Origin: an uncultured Planctomycetota bacterium
Lineage (GTDB): Bacteria > Planctomycetota > Planctomycetia > Pirellulales > Lacipirellulaceae
Direction: 5' to 3'
Assembly: GCA_963847875.1 (NCBI GenBank)
Contig: CAWKBR010000005.1
Coordinates: forward strand, 81,635 to 145,634
Length of the DNA stretch: 64,000 nt
In this document: positions 31,501 through 42,455 of the stretch, piece after piece
Layout of the letters: each line of letters opens with the position of its first letter
Position numbering within the stretch: the stretch's first letter is position 1
Notes under the pieces: generated by a model
Database searches by the model: none
The model's input: only the letters and a program-made list of their open reading frames with translations
What the model was told of the DNA's origin: nothing
Made by a program: the position numbers and the translations under genes

Positions 31501-31779
31501 GCCACGTTGGCTGGCTTTCGCTTGGTCGAACGATTCGGCCCGGATCGTGGCGGCATCCCCGAGGAATTCGCACGGCTGGAAGAAGAGCCCACCAAAGTCG
31601 ACGCACCGGACGCCAGCCAGGACGTGAACGAGGCCAACGAAAGCGCGACCGACGATCTGCGCGACGACACAGACTCCAAGGTGCACGGTGACGGCGAGTC
31701 GACCACTGGTAAAGATGGTGATGCAAGCGATTCGCCAGTCGAAGGCGCCAATCCGAAATCGCCGAGCGAGGGATCGTAG
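28542..31779 (+). CDS. Large lipoprotein with TPR-like repeats and acidic C-terminal tail, unknown function; one surplus nucleotide at ~30645
   Basis: A GGAG RBS precedes the start, and the lipobox is LQTVLTGC. ORF-track entries 28446..30647 and 30565..31779 join as ...DATVGLANT | SYYKNKKDLWQSTLESYL.... TPR-like helices are present (WMTLGSYYYRLNDLDSSERCFKRSLEISP; YYYFLGEALNQLGQTKKAEFYWRRAA). The tail is D/E-rich. Confidence 0.6.
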
Positions 31780-32655
31780 TTCTGTTCCCTTGCTATGTCG
31801 GGCATTGTTTAGTGTGGTCGGACGCAATGAGCGCCGAATTGTCAGATTTCAACCATCGCGTCGCCTAGCTCCGGACCTCTGGTTTTCCTCAGGCAGTGTC
31901 CAAAAACAATTCTTGAATTCCCCCGCATACTGGTGTAATGTACACTTCGCTAGGTCGCCGCGGATTCCTCCGGAAATCCGCCGGCGGCCGGCAAACCGAG
32001 GTTGCGTGCGAGGCCTTCCTCCGCGGGCGTTGAGGCTTATCCTCCGTCAAACGCGTGAGGCCCGATTGAAAATCCTCCGCAGTCCGGCAAGTAGGAAGAG
32101 ACAAGGAGACAAGCAGAGCCGGAGACAAGGAGACTTAAGTACCCAAGTCGTGTTGCGCCATCGATTGGATGGCTGCGCTCGCTCCGCGTCTTTGCGTCTC
32201 TGCGAGAGACATCCCCGTCGTTTGGCGGGCACGTGCTTTCGCCGAACAAACAGCCAGTGCGGAACTGACCCTTGAGGGGGCACAAACAACTTGACGCCTT
32301 CGAGAGAAACTTGACGCCTTCGCAAAAACACGAGGATTCTTCAATGCCGAAACTTGTCGCCTACACAAAAACACCGTGTTTTTGAACAAGTCAAAATGGA
32401 ACCGCCGATCGACGCAGATTCACGCGGATGGCTCCGACTCAAACCATCCACGACCATCAGCGTTCATCCGCGGTTAGCTTTTTCCCTTCCGCGATCTCGG
32501 CGGCCTCTGCGTTAAATTCTCCCATCACGAACAAAATGAAACGAATTGACCCCGAGTTTTGTCGCTTCGCAAATGTGCTTTGCTCGGATTTTCACGCTCG
32601 GATTCTCACGTTCGGGTTGGAAGTGGCGAGCGACAAAATGCAGTTGCCGAGCACG

Positions 32656-33336
32656 TCATGGCATCGGCGACGAGAACGGAGCCGGAGCCGGCGAGTAGGT
32701 CGGCGGCGGTGCGACGCTCGAGGTCGGCGGCAATGGCGTTGGCGCCGGGGTCGTCGGAGGCAGCTGCATCGGTTGGGGTGCATCGAATGGCGAGCCGATC
32801 GGGGCGGTTCCAGTCGGCGGGCCTGCGGGCACTGGGTTGAGCGGAACTGTATTGAGCGGCGTTGGGCTCAGCGGAACCGTCGCGTTGGGGATCGCCACCG
32901 ACGCCGGCGGCACCGCCGCACCCTCGAGCGTCGCTTGCCGCAACTGGTTCGCCCGGTCGAGCAACTGCTCGGTCGGCACAATCAACTGCGGCTGCATCTC
33001 GAACGAGGCGGTGCGATGATCCAGGATCTTGCCCGGCACGAGGTTCTCGCTCACGAAGTCGATCGGCGGAATCTCGTACCACGGCGTCGGGATCGGTTGG
33101 TTGACGGTCAGTGTTTCGTACCCCGGCTTCACCAGCCGAATCTCGCGCGTGCCGTAGTAGGTGAAGTCGACCGAGCAGGGTGTCGTGCCGATTTGCTGGT
33201 TGTCGACGAACACCAGCGCGCCAGGCGGATTCGAGCGCAAGGCCAGCCGCCGTCGCACGCAGCCGGTCGGCAGCAGCATCGCGGCCAGCAAGAGTGCGAG
33301 TGTTGCGCGTCGGAGAGTTGTCGGAGGAGAATTCAT
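32656..33336 (-). CDS. PEGA domain lipoprotein with Pro-rich C-terminus
   Basis: The lipobox is LLPTGC. The PEGA domain reads LALRSNPPGALVFVDNQQIGTTPCSVDFTYYGTREIRLVKPGYETLTV. Confidence 0.75.
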   Translation of the reverse strand: MNSPPTTLRRATLALLLAAMLLPTGCVRRRLALRSNPPGALVFVDNQQIGTTPCSVDFTYYGTREIRLVKPGYETLTVNQPIPTPWYEIPPIDFVSENLVPGKILDHRTASFEMQPQLIVPTEQLLDRANQLRQATLEGAAVPPASVAIPNATVPLSPTPLNTVPLNPVPAGPPTGTAPIGSPFDAPQPMQLPPTTPAPTPLPPTSSVAPPPTYSPAPAPFSSPMP

Positions 33337-33627
33337 GCGAAACGAACGCCAGAAGTGGGCCGCGGAGTATAAGCATCAGCCAGTCCTCCAGCCAGAGCGG
33401 CTTGAAGCGACTCGAATGGCCAAATCGGCGACCCAACGGCCGTATCCCGAGCGCAAAGGTCTAGCTAGAATGGAACCAGGCTGCCAACGGACCCTCCAAG
33501 ATTGGATGAACCGGTCGCTTAAGTGGATCGGTGTCGAACGAACTCGACCGGACGAGCGGCCCCGGTGCGCGGTCCGGCCGTGCTAGCGTTGCTACGATTC
33601 TTAAATCTCGTCCCCGGTCCGTTTTCG

Positions 33628-34944
33628 ATGAAACACGGCGACCATTGCCCTACGTTTGCTCTGGAGTATGCGCAACTGAGCGACCTGGGCATGCGCCGCC
33701 TGAACAACCAGGATTCGCTGGCGGTGGTCGTCACCGAAGACGCCGCGAAGTGGTCGGACCGCGGGCATTTGATGATGATCGCCGACGGGATGGGCGCGCA
33801 CGCAGCGGGCGAGCTGGCGAGCAAGCTGGCGGTGGACAACATTTCGCACGCCTATTTCAAGCTCCGCGATCTGCCGCCGCCCGCCGCTTTGCGCCAGGCG
33901 ATTCGCGACACCAACGCGCTGATCTTCGCCCGGGGCCAGAGCAACATCGGCTTCCAGGGGATGGGCACGACCTGCAGTTGCCTGGTGCTCTTGCCGCAGG
34001 GGGCGCTCGTGGCCCACGTCGGCGACAGCCGCGTCTATCGTCTGCGAGGCAACCGGCTCGCGCAGCTGACGTTCGACCACAGCCTGGTGTGGGAAATGGC
34101 CGCCGCCGGACACATGGACCAGGCCGACGTGCCCTCGTACATCCCGAAGAACGTCATCACCCGCTCGCTGGGACCGCACGAAACGGTGAACGTCGATCTC
34201 GAAGGACTGTTCGACGTGGCCGAGGGCGACGTGTTCCTCTTGTGCAGCGACGGACTCAGCGGGCAGATCAGCGACGCGGAGCTCGGCGCACTGCTCCACG
34301 CCTTGACGCCGGAGGAAGCGGTGCAAACGCTGGTCGATTTGGCGAACCTGCGGGGCGGGCCGGACAACATCTCGCTGGTCGTCGCTCGCGTGGTCGGCGG
34401 GGAAACGCCGGATGCGAAGCGGCGATCGACCGTCGGGAAAGACAGCGTCGCGGGCCAAGCGGCGCCGCCAGCTCCGAGCGTGTTATTTCAATCGCTGAGC
34501 GTTGCGGCGTTGTTTGCGCTGGTGTTGTGCCTCGTCAACCAATGGTGGGTAGCCTCGGCGATCGCCGGGGCCGCGCTCGTTGCCGGCCTGAGTTTCCTCG
34601 CCGCCGGCCGCTCGCGTCGCGGTGTCACCTCGCCGGCAGCTCTTTCGCTGGGTGGCCCCTACGGAAATGGACCCTATCGCGAAACAGACATCGAGCCAGA
34701 CGACAAGTTGATTGCCAGCTTGGCCGAGTTGGCCGAGAAACTCCGCAACCTGCCCGATGGCAAGGGGCCGAAGATCGATTGGACGCCGCTCGACGAGTCG
34801 GTCGCGGCGGGCAAGTCGGCGGCTGCGAACGGCGACTGCCACGGTGCGATCTGCCACTACGCCGCAGGTTTGCGGGCCGTGATGCAGCAACTCCGCCAAC
34901 ATCGGTTGACAGCGACCGACGATTCGGGCGTCTGCCGGCCGTGA
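33628..34944 (+). CDS. PP2C-family Ser/Thr protein phosphatase with C-terminal membrane segments
   Basis: Motifs are SDLGMRRLNNQDS, MMIADGMGAHAAGELAS, GTTCSCLVL, HVGDSRVY, FLLCSDGLSG and GGPDNISLVV, followed by two hydrophobic helices. The ATG at 33628 is preferred over the ORF-track start at 33523. Confidence 0.85.
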   Translation: MKHGDHCPTFALEYAQLSDLGMRRLNNQDSLAVVVTEDAAKWSDRGHLMMIADGMGAHAAGELASKLAVDNISHAYFKLRDLPPPAALRQAIRDTNALIFARGQSNIGFQGMGTTCSCLVLLPQGALVAHVGDSRVYRLRGNRLAQLTFDHSLVWEMAAAGHMDQADVPSYIPKNVITRSLGPHETVNVDLEGLFDVAEGDVFLLCSDGLSGQISDAELGALLHALTPEEAVQTLVDLANLRGGPDNISLVVARVVGGETPDAKRRSTVGKDSVAGQAAPPAPSVLFQSLSVAALFALVLCLVNQWWVASAIAGAALVAGLSFLAAGRSRRGVTSPAALSLGGPYGNGPYRETDIEPDDKLIASLAELAEKLRNLPDGKGPKIDWTPLDESVAAGKSAAANGDCHGAICHYAAGLRAVMQQLRQHRLTATDDSGVCRP

Positions 34945-34973
34945 GATCGGTGCGCCCCGGGCCGCTCGTTTGC

Positions 34974-35726
34974 TCAGCCGGCCCGCAGGCCGATCATGTG
35001 CATCGACCAGGCTTGAACCGCGATCAGCCCCAACACCGTTGCAATGACCGCGTTGTACTCGCGATTGTTGAGCCACTGCCGGCCGTTCCAGGGTGCAAAG
35101 GCGTCCATCGACATTCGGTACGGCAGGAACCGTGGCACTTTGCCGGCATAGGCTTGCCACCGTGGACCAAACTTGTTCGACAGCACGCGCTCTTCCTTCA
35201 GCAAATTGATCACGAAAATGAAGGCGAACGGGCCGAGCACGAACCAGATGTTTTCAACGTCGTCGATCAGAACGCAAAAGCCGATCATCATCATGAACGA
35301 ACCGACGTAGAGCGGGTGTCGAACCAACGCGTACGGTCCAATGGTCGTCAATTCCGACGTCTTGTGCAAGATCCCGGCTGCCCAGGAACGCAACGCCAGT
35401 CCCGACAAAATCACCGTCAGTCCCAACATCGCCTTCAGGTCGCCAACGTGGAACATGTTGTGTGGCTGGGTGCCGCTCAGCAGGTCTTCCGCAATCAGCG
35501 CACAGAAAACGACGACCGTGATGCGGACTCGGTATCGCACCAGGATTGCTAGGAAACGTCGCCACGGAGTTTGGGCGAGATTGGATTCCGATGCGTTGGC
35601 CGATGCGTTGGTTGGAACGGTGGTAAGCTCGGGCATCATGGCAGAATGTATCCTTGCGGAGGTGCAATAGTCGACAAGCGAATCGGCGTTGTATTCGGCA
35701 ACACTCGCATTCGTCAACATCGTCAT
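34974..35726 (-). CDS. Isoprenylcysteine carboxyl methyltransferase (ICMT/PEMT) family membrane protein
   Basis: ...LRSWAAGILHKTSELTTIGPYALVRHPLYVGSFMMMIGF...EERVLSNKFGPRWQAYAGKVPRFLP matches the ICMT family C-terminal signature. Confidence 0.75.
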   Translation of the reverse strand: MTMLTNASVAEYNADSLVDYCTSARIHSAMMPELTTVPTNASANASESNLAQTPWRRFLAILVRYRVRITVVVFCALIAEDLLSGTQPHNMFHVGDLKAMLGLTVILSGLALRSWAAGILHKTSELTTIGPYALVRHPLYVGSFMMMIGFCVLIDDVENIWFVLGPFAFIFVINLLKEERVLSNKFGPRWQAYAGKVPRFLPYRMSMDAFAPWNGRQWLNNREYNAVIATVLGLIAVQAWSMHMIGLRAG

Positions 35727-35892
35727 GCACGGTTAAGTTGATTCAGCAAAAGGCTTTTGGCAAAGACGATACCATTGCTAGCATGAGATGAAGTCGCAAT
35801 AAGCCAACTGTCATTTGTCCGAGTGGCGGTGCTTGCTAGAGTATTGTGCCGCCAAGGGGGCGGCTGTTTCGCCACCGGCTTCCATCACGTAA

Positions 35893-37075
35893 ATGCGCAT
35901 TCTCACTCGCTACGTCGTGTTCGACCTGGTGAAGGTCTTTCTGCTGATCCTCACGGGTCTGACGCTTACGATCTTCATCGGCCTGGTGGGAAAAGAAGCG
36001 GTCGAAAAGGGGCTGGGCCTTGGCCCGTTGTTGCGAATGACGCCCTATTTGCTGCCGCAAGCGATGCAATTTGCCGTGCCCGGCACGATGCTGCTGGCAA
36101 CCACGTACGTCTACGGGCGATTGTCTTCCTACAACGAGATCGTGGCCATCAAGGCGCTTGGCATTTCGCCAATGGTGCTGATTTGGCCGACGCTGGTCTT
36201 GGCCACGCTGGTGAGCTTCGCGGGCGTTTACATCAACAATCTGGCCGTGAGCTGGGGCATGCGCGGCGTGCAGCGCGTGTTCGTCGAGTCGGTCGAGGAC
36301 GTCGTTTACGGCCAGTTGCAGATGCATCGCACGTATAGCAACGATAAATTCAGCATCATCGTCCGCGGCATTGAAGGGCAAAAATTGATTCAGCCGACGC
36401 TTGTCATCGAAGCCGCAGACGACCGGCCGGCGGTGACCGTCCGGGCGAAGGAAGCGGAGCTTTCGTTCGACGCGAAAACTCGCATGCTGTACGTCCGTTC
36501 GCACAATTTTGAAGTCTCGGGTCCGTTCACGCTGACCGACCCGGGCACCTACGAACAGGCGATCTCACTGGACGAATGGACCGGCGCGTCGGACAAGACT
36601 GCGCAGCCCTTCGAATTTTGCCCTCAGCGAGATTGGCCCCGCGATCGCGGATGGATTGCATCGGCTGGAGGACGTCGAGCAGAGCATGACGGTGCAATCG
36701 TCGTTCGCGCTTCTGACCGGCGATTTCGAGGCGCTCGGCGAAACCACTTGGCAAGTCCACGAGCGCGAGCTAGCCTCCGCACGCGAGCGGCTGCAGCGCC
36801 TGCACACCGAGCCGTGGCGCCGTTGGGCGAACGGGTTCAGTTGCCTGTGCTTTGTGCTGGTCGGAGCGCCGATGGCGATTCGGCTCCGTCACGCCGAGTT
36901 CTTGGCGATTTTTTTCGTCTGTTTCCTGCCGATCTTGGTGGTCTACTACCCGCTACTGGCAGTGAGCGTCGATCAGGCCAAAGACGGAGCGTTCCCGCCG
37001 CCGGCGGTGTGGCTTGGCAACATTGTGCTAGCACTTTGGGGTGTGTGGCTGCTGCGACGCGTGATTCGTTATTAA
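35893..37075 (+). CDS. LptF/LptG (YjgP/YjgQ) family permease; one surplus nucleotide at ~36610
   Basis: The N-terminus is [30 protein letters not shown]...[42 protein letters not shown]. The C-terminal TM block is in the frame of ORF 36656..37075 (...[21 protein letters not shown]...). The single 986-aa ORF-track entry 35893..38853 is an out-of-frame read-through into the next gene. Confidence 0.8.
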
Positions 37076-37209
37076 ACCGGATCGCAAGCGGCGATTCGCG
37101 GCTCGCTGGCGTGTTTGCTTCCGCCTTCCCCCGTTCGCCTTCGCTTGCTAAACTCCGCGGCCCAATTCCGGGCGCGAGCCTGCCATCCGCCGCGACAAGG
37201 AGGTCGCAC

Positions 37210-38853
37210 TTGTTTTCGCACTGGCCGATCAGGAAGAAGCTGCAACTGGGCCTGGGACTGTTGGCAGTCTCGGTGCTCACGTTGTTTGGCAGCGCCTACT
37301 ACGGCCTCTACGCCTATCGCGGGCTGGTGAAGAGTCTCAGCGCCCGATCGGCCGAACTTCCGTTGGCGAACGAATTGAGTCAGTACGTTGCCGATCTCCG
37401 CGTCATCCTCAGCCAAGTCGAAGAACGGCACGAATACCTTCCGGGCAGCGTGCTGGCGCAAGACACGGGGCCGGATCAAAAGGAGTGGGAAGCCGATGGC
37501 TTGCTACGCCGTCACTATGCAACGCAATTCGACCTCATCCGCCAAAAGCTCAAGCAATACACCGAACAGCTCGACGACAATCGGCAGCGGGCCGATATGC
37601 GGATCGGCGACGACAGCAAAGAACGCGCAACCTTGGCCAAGATCAACGCCGTAATCGGCCGCATCGCCAAGTACGACGACGACCCGGACGGCGTCGATTG
37701 GTTGCTCGACGACCGGAGCAAAGTCGGCAAGCTGCGCGAAGAAGTGGAGGAGCTGCGCGAGCAGACGGCCGAATTGCCGAGTCACCTGCACGTCCGGCTG
37801 CACGAACTAGCGAACGAAGTTCGTAGCCAGTACCGCGTGGCGATTACGGTTGCTTGGGCCACGACGATTATCGCCACGCTGGTGTTGATCGCCGTTGTGC
37901 AGTTCTTCCGCAAGTGGGTGGCCCAACCGCTGCAGACCCTGGTGGAAGGTTCGCGTGAAGTGGCGGCCGGCAAGTTCGATCATCGCATTCGCCTCGACTC
38001 GAATGATGAGATGCGCGAGTTGGCGGAATCGATGAACGCGATGACGGCGCGCTTCCAGGAGGTCCGCGACGACCTCGATCGGCAGGTCCGAGAGCGAACC
38101 AAGCAGGTTGTGCGCAGCGAACAACTAGCCAGCGTCGGTTTTTTGGCGGCGGGCGTGGCCCACGAGATCAACAATCCGCTGCAGGCAATCGCGCTGGGCA
38201 GCGAATCGCTCGAGCGCCGCCTGCAGGAGTTGCTCGAAGACGTCGACGATTCCCGCACCGCCGATCGCGACGTGGTTCGCAGCTACCTCGCGATGATTCA
38301 GAAAGAGGCCTTTCGCTGCAAGCAGATTACCGAGAAGCTGCTCGACTTCTCGCGGAGCGGCGATCCGGAACGGCACCACACCGATTTGCGCGAGCTGGTG
38401 TCGGGCGTCATCGAAATGGTCGGCCACTTGGGGCGCAACAAGGACAAGCACGTGGAACTGTTCGCGGGTTCGCCGGTGATCGCCGAAATCTGTCCCCAAG
38501 AAATGAAGCAAGTGGTGCTCAACCTAATCACTAACGGTCTCGACAGCCTCGACCGCGGCGGCAAAGTTACCGTCCAGGTTGCCGCCCGCGGCGCGAACGC
38601 GGAGATCGTCGTCGCCGACAACGGCTGCGGCATGACCGAAGAAGTGATCCAGCACTTGTTCGAGCCGTTCTTCACGCGTCGCCGCAACGGGCAGGGCACC
38701 GGCCTCGGACTGTCGATCACATACCGCATCGTCGAGGAGCACCACGGCCAGATCGTAGCCACCAGCGACGGCATCGGCAACGGATCGCGATTCGTGCTGA
38801 CGCTGCCATTGAAACAACCCGTCCATCAACGCAATCGAACTCAAGCCGCCTAG
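37210..38853 (+). CDS. Sensor histidine kinase (TM-HAMP-HisKA-HATPase_c)
   Basis: AAGGAGG plus 6 nt precedes the TTG start at 37210. The HAMP domain is [42 protein letters not shown], the H-box is [12 protein letters not shown], the N-box is [10 protein letters not shown], and the G-boxes are DNGCGM and GTGLGLS. Confidence 0.85.
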   Translation: MFSHWPIRKKLQLGLGLLAVSVLTLFGSAYYGLYAYRGLVKSLSARSAELPLANELSQYVADLRVILSQVEERHEYLPGSVLAQDTGPDQKEWEADGLLRRHYATQFDLIRQKLKQYTEQLDDNRQRADMRIGDDSKERATLAKINAVIGRIAKYDDDPDGVDWLLDDRSKVGKLREEVEELREQTAELPSHLHVRLHELANEVRSQYRVAITVAWATTIIATLVLIAVVQFFRKWVAQPLQTLVEGSREVAAGKFDHRIRLDSNDEMRELAESMNAMTARFQEVRDDLDRQVRERTKQVVRSEQLASVGFLAAGVAHEINNPLQAIALGSESLERRLQELLEDVDDSRTADRDVVRSYLAMIQKEAFRCKQITEKLLDFSRSGDPERHHTDLRELVSGVIEMVGHLGRNKDKHVELFAGSPVIAEICPQEMKQVVLNLITNGLDSLDRGGKVTVQVAARGANAEIVVADNGCGMTEEVIQHLFEPFFTRRRNGQGTGLGLSITYRIVEEHHGQIVATSDGIGNGSRFVLTLPLKQPVHQRNRTQAA

Positions 38854-38926
38854 TATGTCGGGCTCCGCGGCCCGACAGCAATTGAATAGGTCAGCCTGAA
38901 AAGGCTAACGTACAAAAGGGCCCACC

Positions 38927-40332
38927 ATGACCACCACCAAATCGCCCACGAAATCCGACTCCCGCGAAAGCCAAGGACTGGCTTTGCTCTTTGCCGATGA
39001 CGAACGCTCGCTTCAGGAACTGATGAAGCTCGAGATTCCGCGGATGGGCCACCGCGTGACCGTTTGCCCGGACGGCCTGACCGCCGCGGCCGCGCTCGAG
39101 ATGGAGAATTTCGACTGCATCCTGGTGGACCTCGACATGCCGGGACTCAACGGCATCGAGGTCATCGCCAAGGCCAAGGAACTTTCGCCCGACGTCGAGG
39201 CGATCGTACTGACCGGCAAGAGCTCGCTCGACACGGCAATCGCGGCGCTGCGACATGGGGCGTTCGACTATCTCACCAAGCCGTGTAAGCTGGTCGAGAT
39301 CGAAGCGATCTTGAACCGTGTGCGGGAAAAGCGGCAGCTGACGCAAAAGTACCGCGCGCTGAAACGCCGGCTCGAACGGATCGAAGGCACGCCACGCCTG
39401 GTCGGCAGTTCGCCCGGCATGGAAAAGGTCCGCGCTCTGATCACCAAAGTGGCGCCGACCCAGTCGACCGTGCTGATTCTCGGCGAGACCGGCACGGGCA
39501 AGGAACTGGTCGCCCGGGCCGTCCACGACCAGAGCTCGCGGGCCGACATGCCGTTCGTCGCGGTCAATTGCGGCGGCACTGCCCGAAACGCTGATCGAAA
39601 GCGAGCTGTTTGGCCATCGCAAGGGCTCGTTCACCGGCGCCGACGAGCACCGCGTGGGCCTGTTCGAGGTCGCCCACGGCGGCACGATCTTCCTCGACGA
39701 GATCGGCGAATTGCCCAAAGCGATGCAGGCGAAGCTGCTCCGCGTGCTTGAGAGCGGCGAAATCCGCCGCGTCGGCGAGAACAAGCCGACGATGGTCGAC
39801 GTGCGGGTCGTTTGTGCGACGCACCGCGATTTGCAGGAGATGGTCGCGGAGAGCGAGTTCCGCGAGGACCTTGTTTACCGCATCAACACGTTCGAGATCT
39901 ACCTGCCGCCGTTGCGCGAGCGGATCGACGACATTCCGGAACTGGCGACCCATTTGCTCGGCCGCCTGCGGCCCAAGAACGGCACCGGCCCGGCGCTGAC
40001 GCTCGACGCGATCGAAGCCCTGAAGTCGCACGTTTGGCCGGGCAACGTGCGCGAGCTGGCCAACGCGATCGAGCACGCCACGATTCTCTGCGACCGTCGG
40101 TCCGATCTCGGCCGACCACCTGCCGGCCCAACTCCACCGCCGGCAACTCACGGCTGCGGCCGCGGTTCGGCCCGGCCCGGTTTCGCTCCGCGATCTCGAG
40201 ATGCAGGCCATCTACCAGGCGCTCGAGCGGCACGGCGGCAGCAAGCCGAAGGCGGCCGAGGAGCTCGGCATCAGCCTCAAGACGCTCTACAACAAGCTCA
40301 ACGCGGTGAGCGAGCTGGAGAAATCGGCGTAA
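38927..40332 (+). CDS. Sigma-54-dependent (NtrC-family) response regulator; two inferred 1-nt insertions (~39575, ~40095)
   Basis: The receiver domain has [12 protein letters not shown] and the AAA+ domain has GETGTGKE. The first join reads ...VAVNCG | [22 protein letters not shown]...[10 protein letters not shown]...PLRERIDDI...[15 protein letters not shown]. The C-terminal Fis-type HTH ([18 protein letters not shown]) is in a third frame that ends at the TAA at 40330-40332. Confidence 0.9.
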
Positions 40333-40557
40333 TGCCAACCGGCTGCGTCGCTGCATTCGATGCGATCCGAACCGGTGGAACGCGCGGGCGATCGGTTTTG
40401 GTCGAGATTTCGGGTCGCACCGGCTCGTTGCAATCGGCCCCCCTGGTTCCCGGGAGGTTCTCTGCCCCGCCAAAAGTGCGCCGTACATTTCTTCTGATAG
40501 ATCGGAGAGTGGGAGCGAAGAGTCCGAATTTATTGGGCAGAGAAAGCGTCGGAACGA

Positions 40558-41546
40558 ATGCCCTCCGTTGCGGCGAAATCTCGGAGACGAGCCGATCCGC
40601 TGTACGGCTACTTGCCGGTACACGTCGATCTGCTGCGGCACGTGCGAGTCGCTGCGGTCGACGTCTTCACGCAAGCGGATAACCGCCACGTTCCCAGGCT
40701 CTATTGCCGCGCCGGGCTGCCGCTCGATAGCGGCCAATTGCTGGGGCTGGCCGAAGCCGGCGTGCGCGACGTTTACGTCCGCACGACGGATTTTCCGGAG
40801 TTCGGTGCGCAGCTGCTGAAGTCGGTGGACTCGCAGATCGAGCACCAAACCGTCTCGCCCGCCGAGCGCTATGCCGTGATGCAGCTCGCCGTGGCCGTCG
40901 AGATCGAACACGCCGCGCGGATGGTCGACTGCGGCAAACTGGTGTCGCTCTCCGACCGGGTTGGCCGCGATCTGGTCTCCATTCTGGCCGCCAGTTCGGT
41001 TTTGCCTTGCGACCTGTTCCGCATTGCCCGGCACGATTTCAACACCTTTACACACGTGACCAACGTGGCAAGCTATTGTGTAGTTTTGGCCAGGGGCATG
41101 GGTATTAGCGGCCAAACCGATTTGGAGCGGATCGCGATCGCGGCAATGCTGCACGACGTCGGCAAACGATTCATCCCGGCCAGCGTGCTCACCAAGCCTA
41201 CGCGATTGCTGCCGGCCGAGCGCGCGCTGATTGAAACGCATCCGCGCGCGGTTACGAAGAGTTGTGCGAGCGCGCGGATCTCAACTTCGGGCAATTGATG
41301 ATGGTCTACCAGCATCATGAGCGCGTGGATGGAAGCGGCTATCCGGTGGGCGTCACTGGCAGGGACATTCACCCGTGGGCCAAGATGCTCGCGGTCGTCG
41401 ACGTGTTCGACGCGATGACGGGCACGCGGCCCTATCGCAATAGCTCGTCGACGCGCGTCGCCCTGCAATACCTTAACCATAATTCAGGCTCTCAATTCGA
41501 TCCGGAGATCGTGCGATGTTGGTCGATCGCCATGAAGAACACGTAG
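40558..41546 (+). CDS. HD-GYP domain protein (putative c-di-GMP phosphodiesterase); one inferred G deletion at ~41251
   Basis: ...[17 protein letters not shown]...[14 protein letters not shown]...[11 protein letters not shown] | GYEELCERA...[13 protein letters not shown]...[16 protein letters not shown]. Confidence 0.85.
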
Positions 41547-41554
41547 TCCACGAT

Positions 41555-41895
41555 GTGTGGGAATCGGCACAGATCCAAGTCGAGCTGCCGTCCGAGATCG
41601 AGAGGACCTTCTTCACGTTTTCGGGACCGATGCGCGGCTACATCGACAGTCGCCGCATGTATCACCGCTACTATCTGCGCTGCAAGGCCCTGCTGCGCGC
41701 GGCGACGAGCTGATCGGTGCATACACGAAGGACATCTCGCGGCAGGGCGTTTGCCTGTTGTCGCCCGTGCAACTCTATCCGAAAGACCGCGTCAGAATGT
41801 TCTTGCCGAATGGGGCCGATTATTCGTTGCAGGTCGTCCGCTGCCGGCGAGTGTACGACGACTGCTTCGAATGCGGCACTCGCTTTTCGATTTAA
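41555..41895 (+). CDS. PilZ domain protein (c-di-GMP receptor candidate); one inferred G deletion at ~41702; start uncertain
   Basis: It has the RxxxR motif (RRMYHR) and the D-x-S-x-x-G motif (KDISRQGVCLL). The join is ...YYLRCKALLRA | GDELIGAYTKDISRQG.... Candidate starts are the GTG at 41555 and the TTG at 41516. Confidence 0.65.
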
Positions 41896-41926
41896 CCATT
41901 TCCGAGCCAAACATCAGGTACGAGCC

Positions 41927-42358
41927 ATGACCCAAATTCGAGACGTTATGAACAAATGCGTTGTCGCGATTCGCCCCGAGACGACGCTCGCCGAGGCCGT
42001 GCGGATTTTGGACGGCCATCACGTCGATTCGGCGCCCGTCGTGACCGCTGAGCGGACCCTCGTGGGAATGATTTCTGAACAGGAGTTGATGGACGTGCTG
42101 TTCGACCGTGCCGTTCGCGATACGCAGGTCTCGGAGTACATGGCCACCGAGTTGGTGGTGACGTCGACCGACGATCCGTTGGCGCGAGCCGCCCAACTGT
42201 TCGTGCTGCACGGATTCCGACGGCTGCCGGTGGTGGAAGACGGCGTGCTCGTCGGCATCGTTTCGCGCCGAGAGCTGCTGAATCACGCGCTCGTAAGCGA
42301 CGATCTGCTGACCGAGCCGCTGATCGACTTGGTGCCGGAACTGGCGCCGATGAGCTGA
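41927..42358 (+). CDS. CBS domain pair protein
   Basis: There are two CBS repeats: IRDVMNKCVVAIRPETTLAEAVRILDGHHVDSAPVV...LVGMISEQELM, and VSEYMATELVVTSTDDPLARAAQLFVLHGFRRLPVVEDGVLVGIVSRRELL. Confidence 0.8.
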   Translation: MTQIRDVMNKCVVAIRPETTLAEAVRILDGHHVDSAPVVTAERTLVGMISEQELMDVLFDRAVRDTQVSEYMATELVVTSTDDPLARAAQLFVLHGFRRLPVVEDGVLVGIVSRRELLNHALVSDDLLTEPLIDLVPELAPMS

Positions 42359-42455
42359 ATTGAGCCATGAGTCCGGAGTCGGGGAAGTGATCAGTGACCG
42401 ACGGCTATTAACTGGCCAACCCCAGTTCCAGCTTCTTCTGTCATCTTGGGTCTGT

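Noticed and set aside
31688-32275. 195-aa ORF in the long spacer
   Set aside because: It is Arg-rich low-complexity sequence, overlaps the 3' end of the preceding gene, and has no RBS or motif.
35893-38853. Single 986-aa ORF suggesting an LptF/G permease fused to a histidine kinase
   Set aside because: The middle ~200 residues are Arg/Ala-rich out-of-frame translation. The permease C-terminal TM block is encoded in another frame (36656..37075, ending in TAA). The kinase has its own AAGGAGG plus TTG start at 37210. The fusion is therefore an artefact of a 1-nt indel near 36610 plus chance read-through.
40333-40557. Sigma-54 (-24/-12) promoter upstream of the HD-GYP gene
   Set aside because: The candidate GG...GC pairs (e.g. 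TGGGCAGAGAAAGCG) have the wrong spacing or poor matches to TGGCAC-N5-TTGCW.
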